Assembly: GCA_963695335.1 (NCBI GenBank)
Contig: OY968764.1
Span: 1,120,001 to 1,184,000 of the forward strand
From: an uncultured bacterium
GTDB taxonomy: Bacteria > Babelota > Babeliae > Babelales > Vermiphilaceae
Direction: 5' to 3'
Length of the DNA stretch: 64,000 nt
Program-made: the position numbers and the translations under genes
The notes under the pieces: generated by a model
The model's input: the letters and a program-made list of their open reading frames with translations, nothing else
What the model was told of the DNA's origin: nothing
Databases searched by the model: none
Shown here: one piece after another, positions 11,184-21,723 of the stretch
How the letters are laid out: each line of letters opens with the position of its first letter
Position numbering within the stretch: position 1 is the stretch's first letter

Positions 11184-12020
11184 GTGAAAAAAATAACTAT
11201 ATTACTTACTATATTCTCATTAACTTCAACAAATAGTTTCGGTACAAAACCTCAAACTGAGTTTCGTGACTATGAAAATAATGCATCTGAAACTGTTAAA
11301 AATTTTTATCTCCTTAATCACACTCATCAAACATTAGATTTTGTGTTAGCACAAAAACAAAAATACGCAGCATTGAATAAACTGCGTATGGGAATTTGGG
11401 ATGCAATAGAAGCGCTTGATAACATTATTGATGAGAGTGATCCAGATTTATCATTACCACAAAGTGTTCATGCATTCCAGACAGCTGAAAAACTGCGCAA
11501 AGATGGCCACCCAGGCTGGCTTATTCTCACAGGCTTAATACACGATCTTGGAAAAGTTTTATTGCTATTCAATGAGCCGCAATGGGCTGTTGTTGGTGAT
11601 ACATTTCCCGTTGGCTGCGCATACTCAGATACAATAATCTTTACACCCTATTTTTATCATAATTCTGATATCAACAACCCTGCACTGCAAACACAATACG
11701 GCATATATACCCCACATTGCGGACTTGAAAATATACATATGTCGTGGGGACACGATGAATATTTGTACTCTGTTGTCAAAGATTATCTGCCTGAACAGGC
11801 TTTATATATTATTAGATTCCATTCATTTTATGCTGCACACAAAGAAGGTGCATATGACTATTTGATGAATGATTATGATAGATCGATGATGCCATGGTTA
11901 CAACTGTTTAGCACATATGATCTTTATTCAAAAAGCTTTGAGTCAGTAAATATAGAAGACGTTATGCCGTATTATAAAGAGTTGGTCGCTGAATATTTCC
12001 CGGAAACGCTTAATTGGTAA
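11184..12020 (+). CDS. myo-inositol oxygenase (MIOX) with signal peptide
   Basis: FRDY, DESDPD, HAFQTAE, LIHDLGK, QWAVVGDTFPVGC, SWGHDEYLY, IRFHSFY, YDLYSK. Confidence 0.93.
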   Translation: MKKITILLTIFSLTSTNSFGTKPQTEFRDYENNASETVKNFYLLNHTHQTLDFVLAQKQKYAALNKLRMGIWDAIEALDNIIDESDPDLSLPQSVHAFQTAEKLRKDGHPGWLILTGLIHDLGKVLLLFNEPQWAVVGDTFPVGCAYSDTIIFTPYFYHNSDINNPALQTQYGIYTPHCGLENIHMSWGHDEYLYSVVKDYLPEQALYIIRFHSFYAAHKEGAYDYLMNDYDRSMMPWLQLFSTYDLYSKSFESVNIEDVMPYYKELVAEYFPETLNW

Positions 12021-12023
12021 CTT

Positions 12024-12143
12024 GCACCCTTCGATACATTTTTCTTCGCTTACGCTATGAAAAACACTCAGGGCGAGCGGAGTGAGAGATCTTTCTTTCC
12101 GCTCGCCCTGAGTGTTTTGTCTTCAAAACGTATCGAAGGGTGC
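12024..12143. repeat. Long family-1-like inverted repeat between convergent genes (may also terminate transcription)
   Basis: gcacccttcgatac...cactcagggcgagcgga / tccgctcgccctgagtg...gtatcgaagggtgc. Confidence 0.8.
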
Positions 12144-12162
12144 GAAAATAATTAGCTGGTAG

Positions 12163-12789
12163 TTATAGCTTCCCCAGCAAATCAGCAAAATATTGTGCCT
12201 CTTGAGCACTATCTTCAGCTTCGGTGATAGTCAACCCAACAACAATGCCGTCCGGTCCCAGCGAGACAATTTTATCCACATTTTCACGATTGATTTTTGC
12301 AGAAACAAAAATAGGCAAATTACTATTGCCTTTTATCATATCCCACTTATCAAGAAAGACGAGTGATTCAGCTTCACTATACGGCTGGTGAAATAATAAT
12401 GCATCTGCACCAAGATTTTTTGCTTCCAGCGCCGATTGCCCTACTGAATCAGAACCAATAAGATCAAGCATTACTTTAATATTTGCATTGTGCGCAGCGG
12501 TGGTTGTTGCATGAATAACATTACTCGATGTTCCTGCCATTACCGTAACCCAATCTGCTCCTGCATCAGCAAACAGATCTACAACTTCTTTGCCACGATC
12601 AACAATTTTTGTGTCCGCTAAAATAACTTTATCAGGAAATGCTTCTTTGAACTGTTTGACAGCATTGGTGCCGTGATGATAAATAAGAATTGTCCCCACT
12701 TCAATAATATCGGCATATTGAGCAACTTTTGAACCAATAGCAATCGCCTTATCTAAATCAATAAGATCAAATGAGATTTGTAACTTCAT
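12163..12789 (-). CDS. HPS/KGPDC-family (OMP-decarboxylase fold) enzyme, 3-hexulose-6-phosphate synthase-like
   Basis: MKLQISFD, IIEVGT, ADTKIVD, AGADWVTV. Confidence 0.8.
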   Translation of the reverse strand: MKLQISFDLIDLDKAIAIGSKVAQYADIIEVGTILIYHHGTNAVKQFKEAFPDKVILADTKIVDRGKEVVDLFADAGADWVTVMAGTSSNVIHATTTAAHNANIKVMLDLIGSDSVGQSALEAKNLGADALLFHQPYSEAESLVFLDKWDMIKGNSNLPIFVSAKINRENVDKIVSLGPDGIVVGLTITEAEDSAQEAQYFADLLGKL

Positions 12790-12867
12790 ATCACGTTCCT
12801 CAAAGAATGTGGAATAATGCCCATCTAGTATAGCAGGATTTATAATTAAAAAAAATGACGCTCCTTT

Positions 12868-13550
12868 TTAATCAATAATATGAGTAAGCATTTTGAGAGG
12901 TTCACGCTTTTCTTCCGTTTCAACAGGCTTGAAAAGATGTCTTACTGTTAACATATGAGAACTGTTTTTTACAATGTTAATCCCTTTTCTGACAAGTATA
13001 TCCGGCAATACAAGATTTGCCGTTTCATTAGTCACTGTTTCACCCATGTTTACGACAACGTTTTTTGGATCAGCTGTAATCACAAGAGCAGAAAGAGGAA
13101 TTATATTATCTTCTGGTAACGCTACTTCTTGTGTATCCCAATAATAACCCCCTGTTTTACCATTCTGCTTAAGTTCGCATGAATACATCTGCGCAGGCTC
13201 TCCTGGAATCAGTTGCCAGTGCAAAATAGTATTTTCAAATAACGCGATAGGAGTCATTTCTGGTGTTACCAAAATCGTAATTGCTGTTTTTTGATGTTTT
13301 CTTGGAAGCACAACTTCGCCATTATAATTTGATGCTGTCACAAATCCAGCATACGTAACCAAAATTCCTGCAATAGGAGCATGTTGCACAATGCCATGAA
13401 CAGTATGTTTGGCTAATTTACCAGGTTTTTTGATCTTTTGAGTAACTTGTTTTATATCAGGAATAGGTTTAAAAAAAAGGTAATTGTAGGATCAGCTACA
13501 ATCTTCACAAAACAGAATAGTGTGACAAGAACATAATAACTTTTTTTCAT
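12868..13550 (-). CDS. Exported hypothetical protein, one apparent frameshift in an A-run near 13470
   Basis: MKKSYYVLVTLFCFVKIVADPTITFF joins the 12868-13389 frame after a homopolymer indel. Confidence 0.6.
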
Positions 13551-13641
13551 ATACCGCCCCACAGGTAATACAAATTGTATTTTGCTCATAATCATGATAC
13601 CATAGATCAAAATATAAAAGCTATATTTTACAGGAATAAAA

Positions 13642-14289
13642 ATGAACAAACAGCATCCAGAGAACAATTCTTCATCCACTCAATTAGACATATTAGCCAA
13701 AGAATATGGCTTAACACAATCCCAAACTGATATGTTCGGCAGGTACTTGGAACTTTTGATTGAATGGAACAATAAATTTAACCTGACAGCAATAACTGAC
13801 CCTCAAGGTATTATACAGTACCATTTTAACGATTCTCTCGCGCTATCGCGATACGTCGATTTGACAAAAGTGCATTCAACTGCTGATATTGGTACGGGAG
13901 CTGGGTTCCCTGGAATTCCTTTAAAAATTTTATATCCTCATCTGCATACAGTGCTTATTGAAGTGAACAACAAAAAAAGAAGTTTTTTAGAGTATATTAT
14001 CAAAGAATTTTCACTCGATAATGTTACTGTTTATCCGCATGACTGGCGAACGTTTTTACGCAGTACCCATCATTCAATAGATTATTTCTTTGCCCGAGCA
14101 TCACTACAACCGGAAGAGCTTGTACGTATATTCAAGCCAACATCCCCATATAAAAACAGTACACTGGTGTACTGGGCGTCGCAACAATGGGCTCCTGAAA
14201 AAATAGAAGCGCCTTTTATAGAAAAAGAGGTATCCTATACAATAGATAACAAACAGAGGAAGTTTGTTTTTTTTAAAAACCTACCCTAA
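13642..14289 (+). CDS. rsmG: 16S rRNA m7G527 methyltransferase
   Basis: WNNKFNLTAI, HFNDSL, DIGTGAGFPGIPL, KKRSFL, ARA. Confidence 0.92.
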   Translation: MNKQHPENNSSSTQLDILAKEYGLTQSQTDMFGRYLELLIEWNNKFNLTAITDPQGIIQYHFNDSLALSRYVDLTKVHSTADIGTGAGFPGIPLKILYPHLHTVLIEVNNKKRSFLEYIIKEFSLDNVTVYPHDWRTFLRSTHHSIDYFFARASLQPEELVRIFKPTSPYKNSTLVYWASQQWAPEKIEAPFIEKEVSYTIDNKQRKFVFFKNLP

Positions 14290-14311
14290 AGTTGTACAAG
14301 CATAATCTTAA

Positions 14312-14388
14312 CGCGCTCATCCTGAACTTGTTGAAGGATTAAGGCGCGCTCAAAGATATCCTTCGACAGGCTCAGGACGAGCGCGGGG
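14312..14388. repeat. Family-1 REP doublet
   Basis: cgcgctcatcctgaacttgttgaagg...ccttcgacaggctcaggacgagcgcg. Confidence 0.85.
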
Positions 14389-14424
14389 AATAAAATCAAT
14401 TTAGAGTTAGTAAGGAATAGCATC

Positions 14425-15825
14425 ATGAGAAAAAACTCTCTCTCACGTCATCTCCACGATATCTGGCACAGCGAAAAAGGTGAAAAATATGGCGTACTAC
14501 TGCGCTATTTCTTACCCGAATTTATCACTAACTTCCTCTTATACGCAATGCCATTCTGGCTTGATGCAGCATTTATTGGATCTCTCGCATCAGTGCATAC
14601 GTATGCAACACTTGGCGTTACTAACAGCTTTCTCCATTTAATTATTAAAGTTGGTGAAGCCCTTTCTGTTGGAACCATTGTCATCAGTGGCCAATTTAAT
14701 GGGCAAAGCTCTTTTGAAAATGTTGGCCGCACTATTCGCGATGCTTTTTGGCTTACTACTATTGTAGGAATACTCTTTGGTAGCTTTCTTTTTTTTGGTG
14801 CACATACTATTTATACATGGTACGGTGTTTCAGAAGAAATCATAGCACTCGGCGTTCCATTTTTACGATTACGCGCCGTAGGTGTTCTTTGCATGTTTAT
14901 TTATCTTGCATTAGTGGGATTCTTACGAGGCATTAAAAATGCCCGCACGCCCATGAAAATTTTTATTTTTGGATCAATACTTTTTGTTTTCTTTGATTAC
15001 GTACTTATTTTTGGAAAATGGGGATTTCCTGAAATGGGGTTACAAGGTTCAGCCCTTGCAACCATTATTCAATACGGCAGCATGATGGTCATCGCGCTTG
15101 GGTATGTACTATTCAATGAAAAAAACCGCAAATATGGTATCAAACTTTTCTCTGCACTCACTGATGTCTCATACGTTAAACATCTTATCTCTGTATCATG
15201 GCCAGTCATGCTTGATAAAGCAGTGATGGCATGGGCATATGTATGGCTTGGCAAAATGGTTGCAACAATGGGAACCAACGGTATTGCGGCTGCATGTGTG
15301 GTAAAAGATATGGAACGTTTTGCATTCTTGCCTGCGCTTGCATTTGCGCAAGTTATTACATTTTTGGTGAGCAACGATGTTGGAATAAAAAACTGGGATG
15401 GCGTTAAAGTTAATATCAAAAAAATAATGGTTTTAGCATCTGGGATGGTATCAATTGTCCTTGGATTTTTTATTTATAAACGGGAATACATCATCAACAT
15501 TTTTGATAAAAAAGGTGATTTTACCGATCTAGCAATGCAAGCGTTCCCGCTCCTGAGTATATTTATTATTTTTGATTTGATACAATTAATCCTATCAGGG
15601 GCGCTGCGTGGCGCTGGTAATGTTCGCATTGTAATGATAGTACGATTTATTACCTGTTTTTGTTATTTTGTTCCCATATCTTATCTGTTATCAACAGTAA
15701 CATTCAACAATGAAGTAATAAAACTTGTTCTACTTTATGGGTCATTCTATCTTGGCAACGCATTAATGAGCATATGGTATATTAGACGATTCCGCAGTGA
15801 ACATTGGAAAACACCAACGGTTTAA
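14425..15825 (+). CDS. MATE-family efflux transporter/flippase
   Basis: About 12 TM helices; LRGIKNARTPM, FPEMGLQGSALAT, ALRGAG. Confidence 0.9.
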   Translation: MRKNSLSRHLHDIWHSEKGEKYGVLLRYFLPEFITNFLLYAMPFWLDAAFIGSLASVHTYATLGVTNSFLHLIIKVGEALSVGTIVISGQFNGQSSFENVGRTIRDAFWLTTIVGILFGSFLFFGAHTIYTWYGVSEEIIALGVPFLRLRAVGVLCMFIYLALVGFLRGIKNARTPMKIFIFGSILFVFFDYVLIFGKWGFPEMGLQGSALATIIQYGSMMVIALGYVLFNEKNRKYGIKLFSALTDVSYVKHLISVSWPVMLDKAVMAWAYVWLGKMVATMGTNGIAAACVVKDMERFAFLPALAFAQVITFLVSNDVGIKNWDGVKVNIKKIMVLASGMVSIVLGFFIYKREYIINIFDKKGDFTDLAMQAFPLLSIFIIFDLIQLILSGALRGAGNVRIVMIVRFITCFCYFVPISYLLSTVTFNNEVIKLVLLYGSFYLGNALMSIWYIRRFRSEHWKTPTV

Positions 15826-15840
15826 ACCAAAGGAAAATAC

Positions 15841-16134
15841 ATGACACAACAACAACTTATTACGCACGAAGAAATTGAAAAAATTGCACGTCTCTCACAC
15901 ATAGAACTTCAACAAACAGAAATCAAAGCCACAATACAACACGTCAGCGCAGTATTGAGTTATGCTGCACGCGTACAAGAAATAGCAAAAGATGTTACGA
16001 TTCCATCTTTAAAAAACAGCAATGTTGAACGTGAAGATGTTGTTATTCCTTGCAATGCACAAGCTATTTTGGCGCAAGCACCAGAACGTGAAGGCGACTT
16101 CTTTGTTGTTCCAGTAATTATCGAAAGCCAATAA
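15841..16134 (+). CDS. gatC: Asp/Glu-tRNA amidotransferase subunit C
   Basis: IEKIARLSHIEL, REDVV, APEREGDFFVVP; upstream of gatA. Confidence 0.9.
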   Translation: MTQQQLITHEEIEKIARLSHIELQQTEIKATIQHVSAVLSYAARVQEIAKDVTIPSLKNSNVEREDVVIPCNAQAILAQAPEREGDFFVVPVIIESQ

Positions 16135-16154
16135 TGAACATTTATCCATCTCCT

Positions 16155-16195
16155 GCGCTCGTCCTGAGCTTGTCGAAGGATATCTTTGAGCGCTC
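16155..16195. repeat. Single family-1 REP between gatC and gatA
   Basis: gcgctcgtcctgagcttgtcgaaggatatctttgagcgctc. Confidence 0.8.
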
Positions 16196-16225
16196 TTATG
16201 AAATAAAAAACACCATAGGAAAAAA

Positions 16226-17674
16226 ATGAGCATTCATCCATTTATCACAATCCAAGAATTAGAACAAAAATTAGCAAACAAAGAAATCACTCGAGAAGAA
16301 ATTCTCGAATTTTATCTCAGACGTTTTGAAGCATTTGATGGGCAAATTGGTTCAGCATTAGAAATCTTTGATAAAGAATCAATTTTACAAAATAGCAATG
16401 CTCAAGGCGGCGAACTGTTCGGCATCCCTGGTCTTATTAAAGATAATATTTGCCAAAAAGATCGCATAACATCCTGTGCATCAAAAATATTAGAAAATTT
16501 TATTGCAACGTATGATGCAACTGCCACTCAACGCCTGAAAAAAGCTGGTGCATTACTCATTGGGCGCGCAAACATGGACGAGTTTGCAATGGGTAGTTCC
16601 ACTGAAACATCTGCGTTTCAAAAAACTCATAATCCATGGGATCTTACACGTGTACCAGGCGGTTCAAGTGGTGGATCTATTGCAGCAGTAGCTGCAGGTC
16701 TTGTACCATGGGCGCTGGGTTCTGAAACAGGTGGATCTGTGCGCCAACCAGCAGCATTATGCGGAATTGTGGGACTTAAGCCAACGTATGGTTTAATTTC
16801 CCGTTATGGCTTAGTTGCCTATGCATCATCACTTGACCAAATAGGTATCGCAACACGAACCGTGTATGATAATGCGCGCGTACTTTCCGTGATTGCAGGT
16901 AAAGATAAAAACGATGCATCAATGCAACAAGTAGATACAAAAGATTATACACAAAAGCTTGATGGTAAACTGCCACACAATCTTAAAATTGGTGTTGTAA
17001 AAAATGCCCTCTATGCAGAAGGCATGGATGCAGAAATTATAGAAAAAATTCAACAAGCAGTTAAAGTTTTTGAATCACAAGGTGCATCAATCACAGAGAT
17101 GCAACTCCCAACGCTTGATTACGCAGCAGCAACATACTTTATTTTAAGCCGTGCAGAAGCTGCATCAAACTTGGCACGCTTTGATGGTGTGCGTTACGGA
17201 CTCCGTAATAAAAAAGCACAAAGCTTATCAAAAATGTATTTCACAAGTCGTCACGATGGTTTTGGGCAGGAAGTACGATCACGTATTCTCGTTGGTAATT
17301 ATGTACTTTCAGCAGGTCATGCTGGGCAGTTCTATAATAACGCACAAAAAGTACAAAGACTTATCAGCCATGAATTTAAACAAGCATTTGCAGATGTTGA
17401 TATCCTGGTTATGCCGGTGCACCCTGCTCCCGCATTCAAATTAGGGGCTTTTGAAAACGATAAGTTGCAAATGGATCTGCAAGACTACTTTACTTGCGCA
17501 ATGAACATAGCAGGAATCCCTGCGCTTGCATTGCCATGTGGTATGAGCAAAGATAACTTGCCTATTGGGTTCCAGATTGTTGGTCCTCATTTATCTGAAG
17601 AACTACTATTCCAAGTTGGCCATGCATTCCAGCAAGCTACTGATTGGCATACAAAAACGCCTGCGGGATATTAA
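16226..17674 (+). CDS. gatA: Asp/Glu-tRNA amidotransferase subunit A
   Basis: [47 protein letters not shown]. Confidence 0.97.
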   Translation: MSIHPFITIQELEQKLANKEITREEILEFYLRRFEAFDGQIGSALEIFDKESILQNSNAQGGELFGIPGLIKDNICQKDRITSCASKILENFIATYDATATQRLKKAGALLIGRANMDEFAMGSSTETSAFQKTHNPWDLTRVPGGSSGGSIAAVAAGLVPWALGSETGGSVRQPAALCGIVGLKPTYGLISRYGLVAYASSLDQIGIATRTVYDNARVLSVIAGKDKNDASMQQVDTKDYTQKLDGKLPHNLKIGVVKNALYAEGMDAEIIEKIQQAVKVFESQGASITEMQLPTLDYAAATYFILSRAEAASNLARFDGVRYGLRNKKAQSLSKMYFTSRHDGFGQEVRSRILVGNYVLSAGHAGQFYNNAQKVQRLISHEFKQAFADVDILVMPVHPAPAFKLGAFENDKLQMDLQDYFTCAMNIAGIPALALPCGMSKDNLPIGFQIVGPHLSEELLFQVGHAFQQATDWHTKTPAGY

Positions 17675-17690
17675 AAAAAAAGCACACAAT

Positions 17691-17727
17691 AAAAAAAGAG
17701 CCCTGGGTAAAACCAGAGCTCTTTTTT
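17691..17727. terminator. Bidirectional intrinsic terminator
   Basis: aaaaaaagagccctgg-gtaaaa-ccagagctctttttt between convergent genes. Confidence 0.75.
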
Positions 17728-17738
17728 ATCATTATTAA

Positions 17739-19601
17739 TTAATAACAAGGTATCGAATTAAGCAGATTATTAATGACAGCTAATTGAGCCGGTGATAACT
17801 GACCAGTTTTTTCTTCTAAAATAGTCTCAGCATATGCAATAAGCTCTAAAACAGCATCTTTCACTTCACACATATACCAATTTGGTACATCTCTATGCAA
17901 TGGACCTTGATCTTGATCACATGAATATATATGCGCTAAAACCTCTGCTACATTACTCAAACCTTTTGAATGACTTTCCAAAGCAAGCAAGCGATTGTTG
18001 ATTATTTCTAAAGCATGCGAAAAGTCTATCTCTTGTTGTTCAAGCGCCGCACGTTGCTTTTGCACTTCATTTAATAAAAGCACTGGCAGTACTTGATATT
18101 GAACAGTACGAGGTTGGCCGTCACTCCCCAGAACTACAATTTGAGGAAATACTTGCGCAACTTCTTCAGCAATGAGCCCATATTGCTGCACTTCCAACGG
18201 ATCATCATTATACACAAAAGTTACTGGATTAAGCTTATAAATAACTTCAGAAACTTCATTCATATCACGTATATCATGCTTAACCGTTCTTGTTGATAAA
18301 ACTGTGCCAAGCTGCCCTGCTCCATCAATAAGAACAGGAACAGAAGCTGCAACGGTAACCCCTTCTATGCCTTGGATAAAACAATTTGTATGAGTGCCAA
18401 GAGTTCCAATACGAATTGCACCACTTTCATCGGTACCATTATTAGCAATATAAATATTATTAGCACTAGAGCTTAACGTTGAGCCGTTTCCTGCACTGCT
18501 ACCAATAGCAATATTAAAACCTCCCTGTACATTAGAAAGTGCTTCATACCCAAGCGCCACGTTATTACCATTTATAGATGAGCTACTAACCATTGAACGA
18601 TAACCAATTGCAACATTTTGATCAGAATCACAATTAAACAAATTATTCACCCCAATACCAACGTTTTGTGATCCGTTATTACCCGCATTGTATCCCATAA
18701 TAACGTTGTCATCGCCTGAAGCAAATGATGATACCCCAAGAACAACATTCTGAGATCCTGTTATATTGTTTGCCATGGAAGTATCGCCAATTGCCACATT
18801 AAGACGTCCTGTTGTGTTAAGAAACATCGATAAATAACCAATGCCTGTATTAAAAGAACCTGTTGTATTGCTTAACAAAACACCAGTACCAACTGCAGTA
18901 TTATGCTGCCCTGTTGTATTACTTAAGAGCGATATAGCACCCATTGCCGTATTTCCTGCACCAGTTGTATCGTTCATTAATGAACTTGCCCCAAATGCTG
19001 TATTTTGTGTACCAGTCATACTAAAATTACCCGCAGCTTGACCAACAAATGTGTTCAAAGAAGCTGCAGGGTACGTATGAATAAATGGCATACCATTTTT
19101 AATAACATTACCAATATCTTCACTGACTGAATCATTAAGAGAAATATTACAACCAACAGTCAGATCACAATTGATATCTGTAGCCCCTACAAATAAGTCG
19201 TTCACAGACAAAGTGCCACTCACTACCTCATCAACAACTGATAAATTATTTATGCAAACAGCGTCTATACAACTTGTTATTATTAAATCAGCTACAGAAA
19301 GCACACCATCAATTTCAACATTCTTTCTAAATTTTACATTCCCATCAAATGATACAAAATCTTCAAACTTCACATGATCTTTAAATTTTACATCTTCTTC
19401 GAACGTCACTTTATCAAAAAATTTCGCCTTATTAAGTACAAATAACTTCTTTCTAATTTTTAGAATTGAATCTTGACCACAATCACGTTCTTCTTGTGCA
19501 AAATCCTCATTTTCAAATCCATCCGCCATTCCATTATCCGCTTGCATTATCTGCACTGATAATCCCAAAAAAACAAACAACAAAAAAACCTTCATTCTCA
19601 T
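17739..19601 (-). CDS. Exported trimeric fibre/adhesin-like protein with NTAxG repeats and Peptidase_S74-type intramolecular chaperone
   Basis: Signal peptide; ~14-aa repeats NTTG..NTA.G; STRTVKHDIRDM...LNPVTFVY...YGLIAEEV...VQY; coiled coil after it. Confidence 0.8.
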   Translation of the reverse strand: MRMKVFLLFVFLGLSVQIMQADNGMADGFENEDFAQEERDCGQDSILKIRKKLFVLNKAKFFDKVTFEEDVKFKDHVKFEDFVSFDGNVKFRKNVEIDGVLSVADLIITSCIDAVCINNLSVVDEVVSGTLSVNDLFVGATDINCDLTVGCNISLNDSVSEDIGNVIKNGMPFIHTYPAASLNTFVGQAAGNFSMTGTQNTAFGASSLMNDTTGAGNTAMGAISLLSNTTGQHNTAVGTGVLLSNTTGSFNTGIGYLSMFLNTTGRLNVAIGDTSMANNITGSQNVVLGVSSFASGDDNVIMGYNAGNNGSQNVGIGVNNLFNCDSDQNVAIGYRSMVSSSSINGNNVALGYEALSNVQGGFNIAIGSSAGNGSTLSSSANNIYIANNGTDESGAIRIGTLGTHTNCFIQGIEGVTVAASVPVLIDGAGQLGTVLSTRTVKHDIRDMNEVSEVIYKLNPVTFVYNDDPLEVQQYGLIAEEVAQVFPQIVVLGSDGQPRTVQYQVLPVLLLNEVQKQRAALEQQEIDFSHALEIINNRLLALESHSKGLSNVAEVLAHIYSCDQDQGPLHRDVPNWYMCEVKDAVLELIAYAETILEEKTGQLSPAQLAVINNLLNSIPCY

Positions 19602-19692
19602 AAAAACCCTTTTTTTTAATGATATAAAAAATAGACTGTTTTTACTCATATAGAAAAGGGAATTTATAAGTCAATCAAATTAAAAAATCACA

Positions 19693-21005
19693 CAGGGCGA
19701 TCGCATTTAAAACCCTGGATTTATAAGGGTATCCAAAATAAAATTAGGGTCACTATTTCCTCTTCGTAATTTATTTCCCAAGCTGAAATCTGAGGTTTTT
19801 CTGGTTAAAAGTGAATTAACGAAGGCACTGAGAAAATTAAAATTTTGAGCCCCATGGCCTTTTCTTAAGCTTCTTTGATCATCGTTAAAATTGACATCAA
19901 GACTTCTGTGAAGATGGTTTTCGATGCTCCAATGGGCACGAATATAACCCAAGATACGTTCGGGATCTGCTGGTAGGCTGCTGATAAAAAGACGTATATT
20001 ATTTGCATTTCTTCTTTTACCTTCAACCTTTGATTCTATAAGAGTTATTGATTTTAGATTGGTCCATTCTTTCTTTTGATAGATCCAATCAATATATTCG
20101 GTTGAATAGCACCTTCGGATTTCTTTTCTACCATGCTTATAATCGATAGTTTCATGATATTTATATGCAATTTCTTCATGTTCACCTTGTGCGAGTGTAC
20201 GTAAAAAAAGGTCAATATCTTCGTAAAGTAAACGATTATTCAGTTTAACTGGCAAGATATAATCACCGCCTCGTGCGATAATTTTTTTTACAAATGCTTT
20301 TCTTGTACCCATCGCATCAATAGTGATTACTTTTCCCTTTAAATTTAGCGTATCTAATACGCGATTCATACCGGTTAATTCATTATTGCCATCTGGAACA
20401 CGTGCTTGCTCAAGAACTATTTTTGATGAAGGACTGAATGCATTTATTAACGTAAACGGATTGTTTGAAGACCAAGCTTCTATGACTTTGCCATCAATTG
20501 CGATATGGTCGCTATTATCATGCAGTGCAACTTCGAGCCAAAGCACTAACCAATCTTTTAATTCTTTTGGATTTAAAAGTAAAAAGACACGATGGAAGGT
20601 ATCATGTGATGGAATACCATTTGGAAGCCATATTTTATCATGTAACCATTCTTCATGATCATGTGCAAATCTCACCACATGTACCCAGTTTTGTGCACCG
20701 GAAAATATAGCTAAAATTGCAATCAAAAGTATTACGACAAGTTCATGTTTTTTACATCGATCAATTCTTGGATCAGTGACTTCTTCTAAGCATGCTATAA
20801 GATTTGCCAAATGGTCGTAGTTATGCCATATTTCATGCAGTATGATGCTCATTAAAAATCTCCTTTTTCAAGTGGGACGTTTTTTTTGAGCATCATACTT
20901 TTTTTATTTTGTTCCGTCTTTATCCTCCAGCCTCCAATACAAATAGTGTATCAAGTGAATTTCGAAATTTCCGTTAAAATCAGAGTTTTAAATGCGATCG
21001 CCCTG
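19693..21005 (-). mobile_element. ISAs1-family insertion sequence
   Basis: Perfect 21-bp terminal inverted repeats cagggcgatcgcatttaaaac (19693-19713) / gttttaaatgcgatcgccctg (20985-21005); no clear target duplication. Confidence 0.92.
19707..20852 (-). CDS. ISAs1-family DDE transposase
   Basis: DPR..CKKHEL, GIPSHDTF, IAIDGK, ITIDAM, VKLN, HGRKEIR, HWSIENHLH..LDV.F.DD. Confidence 0.93.
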   Translation of the reverse strand: MSIILHEIWHNYDHLANLIACLEEVTDPRIDRCKKHELVVILLIAILAIFSGAQNWVHVVRFAHDHEEWLHDKIWLPNGIPSHDTFHRVFLLLNPKELKDWLVLWLEVALHDNSDHIAIDGKVIEAWSSNNPFTLINAFSPSSKIVLEQARVPDGNNELTGMNRVLDTLNLKGKVITIDAMGTRKAFVKKIIARGGDYILPVKLNNRLLYEDIDLFLRTLAQGEHEEIAYKYHETIDYKHGRKEIRRCYSTEYIDWIYQKKEWTNLKSITLIESKVEGKRRNANNIRLFISSLPADPERILGYIRAHWSIENHLHRSLDVNFNDDQRSLRKGHGAQNFNFLSAFVNSLLTRKTSDFSLGNKLRRGNSDPNFILDTLINPGF

Positions 21006-21156
21006 GATCATCAATCCTGCGCAACATATAAAAAGCTTTATTTACTGACTTTTTATCTTCAATTCAAACAACACTATTGCCATTTGCAATTTAACAACCA
21101 TATAATAAAAATGATACTAAGATTTATTTTGTATAAAACCTGACAAGGATATTGCT

Positions 21157-21321
21157 ATGAGAAAATATATATTTTTTATATTCATCATCATAAACATCCT
21201 ACATGTTACCAACCTCATGCCATGCCCTTGTGAATTTTCAGCTGATGATGAACGACCATTTTTTGAACAGTATGAAATAGAAAATAAGAGCGCTGACGCG
21301 CAAGAAAAGGATAAAAAATGA
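21157..21321 (+). CDS. Small exported peptide (54 aa), absent from the ORF track
   Basis: MRKYIFFIFIIINILHVTNLMPCPCEFSADDERPFFEQYEIENKSADAQEKDKK; aagga RBS; ATGA overlap with next ORF. Confidence 0.6.
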   Translation: MRKYIFFIFIIINILHVTNLMPCPCEFSADDERPFFEQYEIENKSADAQEKDKK

Positions 21322-21692
21322 AAAAAATAAATACGATTGCGCTCGCCCTGAACTTGTTGAAGGGTTTCTTCGAGCGCTCGAGGATATCCTTCGACAGGCT
21401 CAGGACGAGCGCGGGACTACTACTACTCATTTCTTTAACACCTCTTGCAGCGGGTCCTTATTGCATAGATAAACAAGGACACTCTCTTGCATGTCCCTGC
21501 AATTGTGATGCTGTAAGAAGAAGATATTGTATTGATTGCACTCATTTGCAAGATGCTCAGCCATTAACTGTTATTGACTCTACTCAGAAACAAATATATG
21601 GTTCAACAACAAAGGCATACATCCCTGAAGATCTAAAACATGCGCTTGAAAAATTGGCTGCTCAGTACGTTAAAAATAAATATGATGTATAA
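21318..21692 (+). CDS. Small Cys-rich exported protein with an in-frame REP doublet inside its signal peptide
   Basis: MKKINTI[REP-derived ~26 aa]LLLLISLTPLAA; C..CPCNC..CxxCxH cluster. Confidence 0.65.
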   Translation: MKKINTIALALNLLKGFFERSRISFDRLRTSAGLLLLISLTPLAAGPYCIDKQGHSLACPCNCDAVRRRYCIDCTHLQDAQPLTVIDSTQKQIYGSTTKAYIPEDLKHALEKLAAQYVKNKYDV

Positions 21693-21723
21693 TAATCGCT
21701 CGCACTTTAATCCTTCAACATGT

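Noticed and set aside
11184..12789. MIOX plus HPS/KGPDC as an inositol-glucuronate-xylulose operon
   Set aside because: Genes are convergent and separated by a long hairpin; intermediate enzymes are absent from the window.
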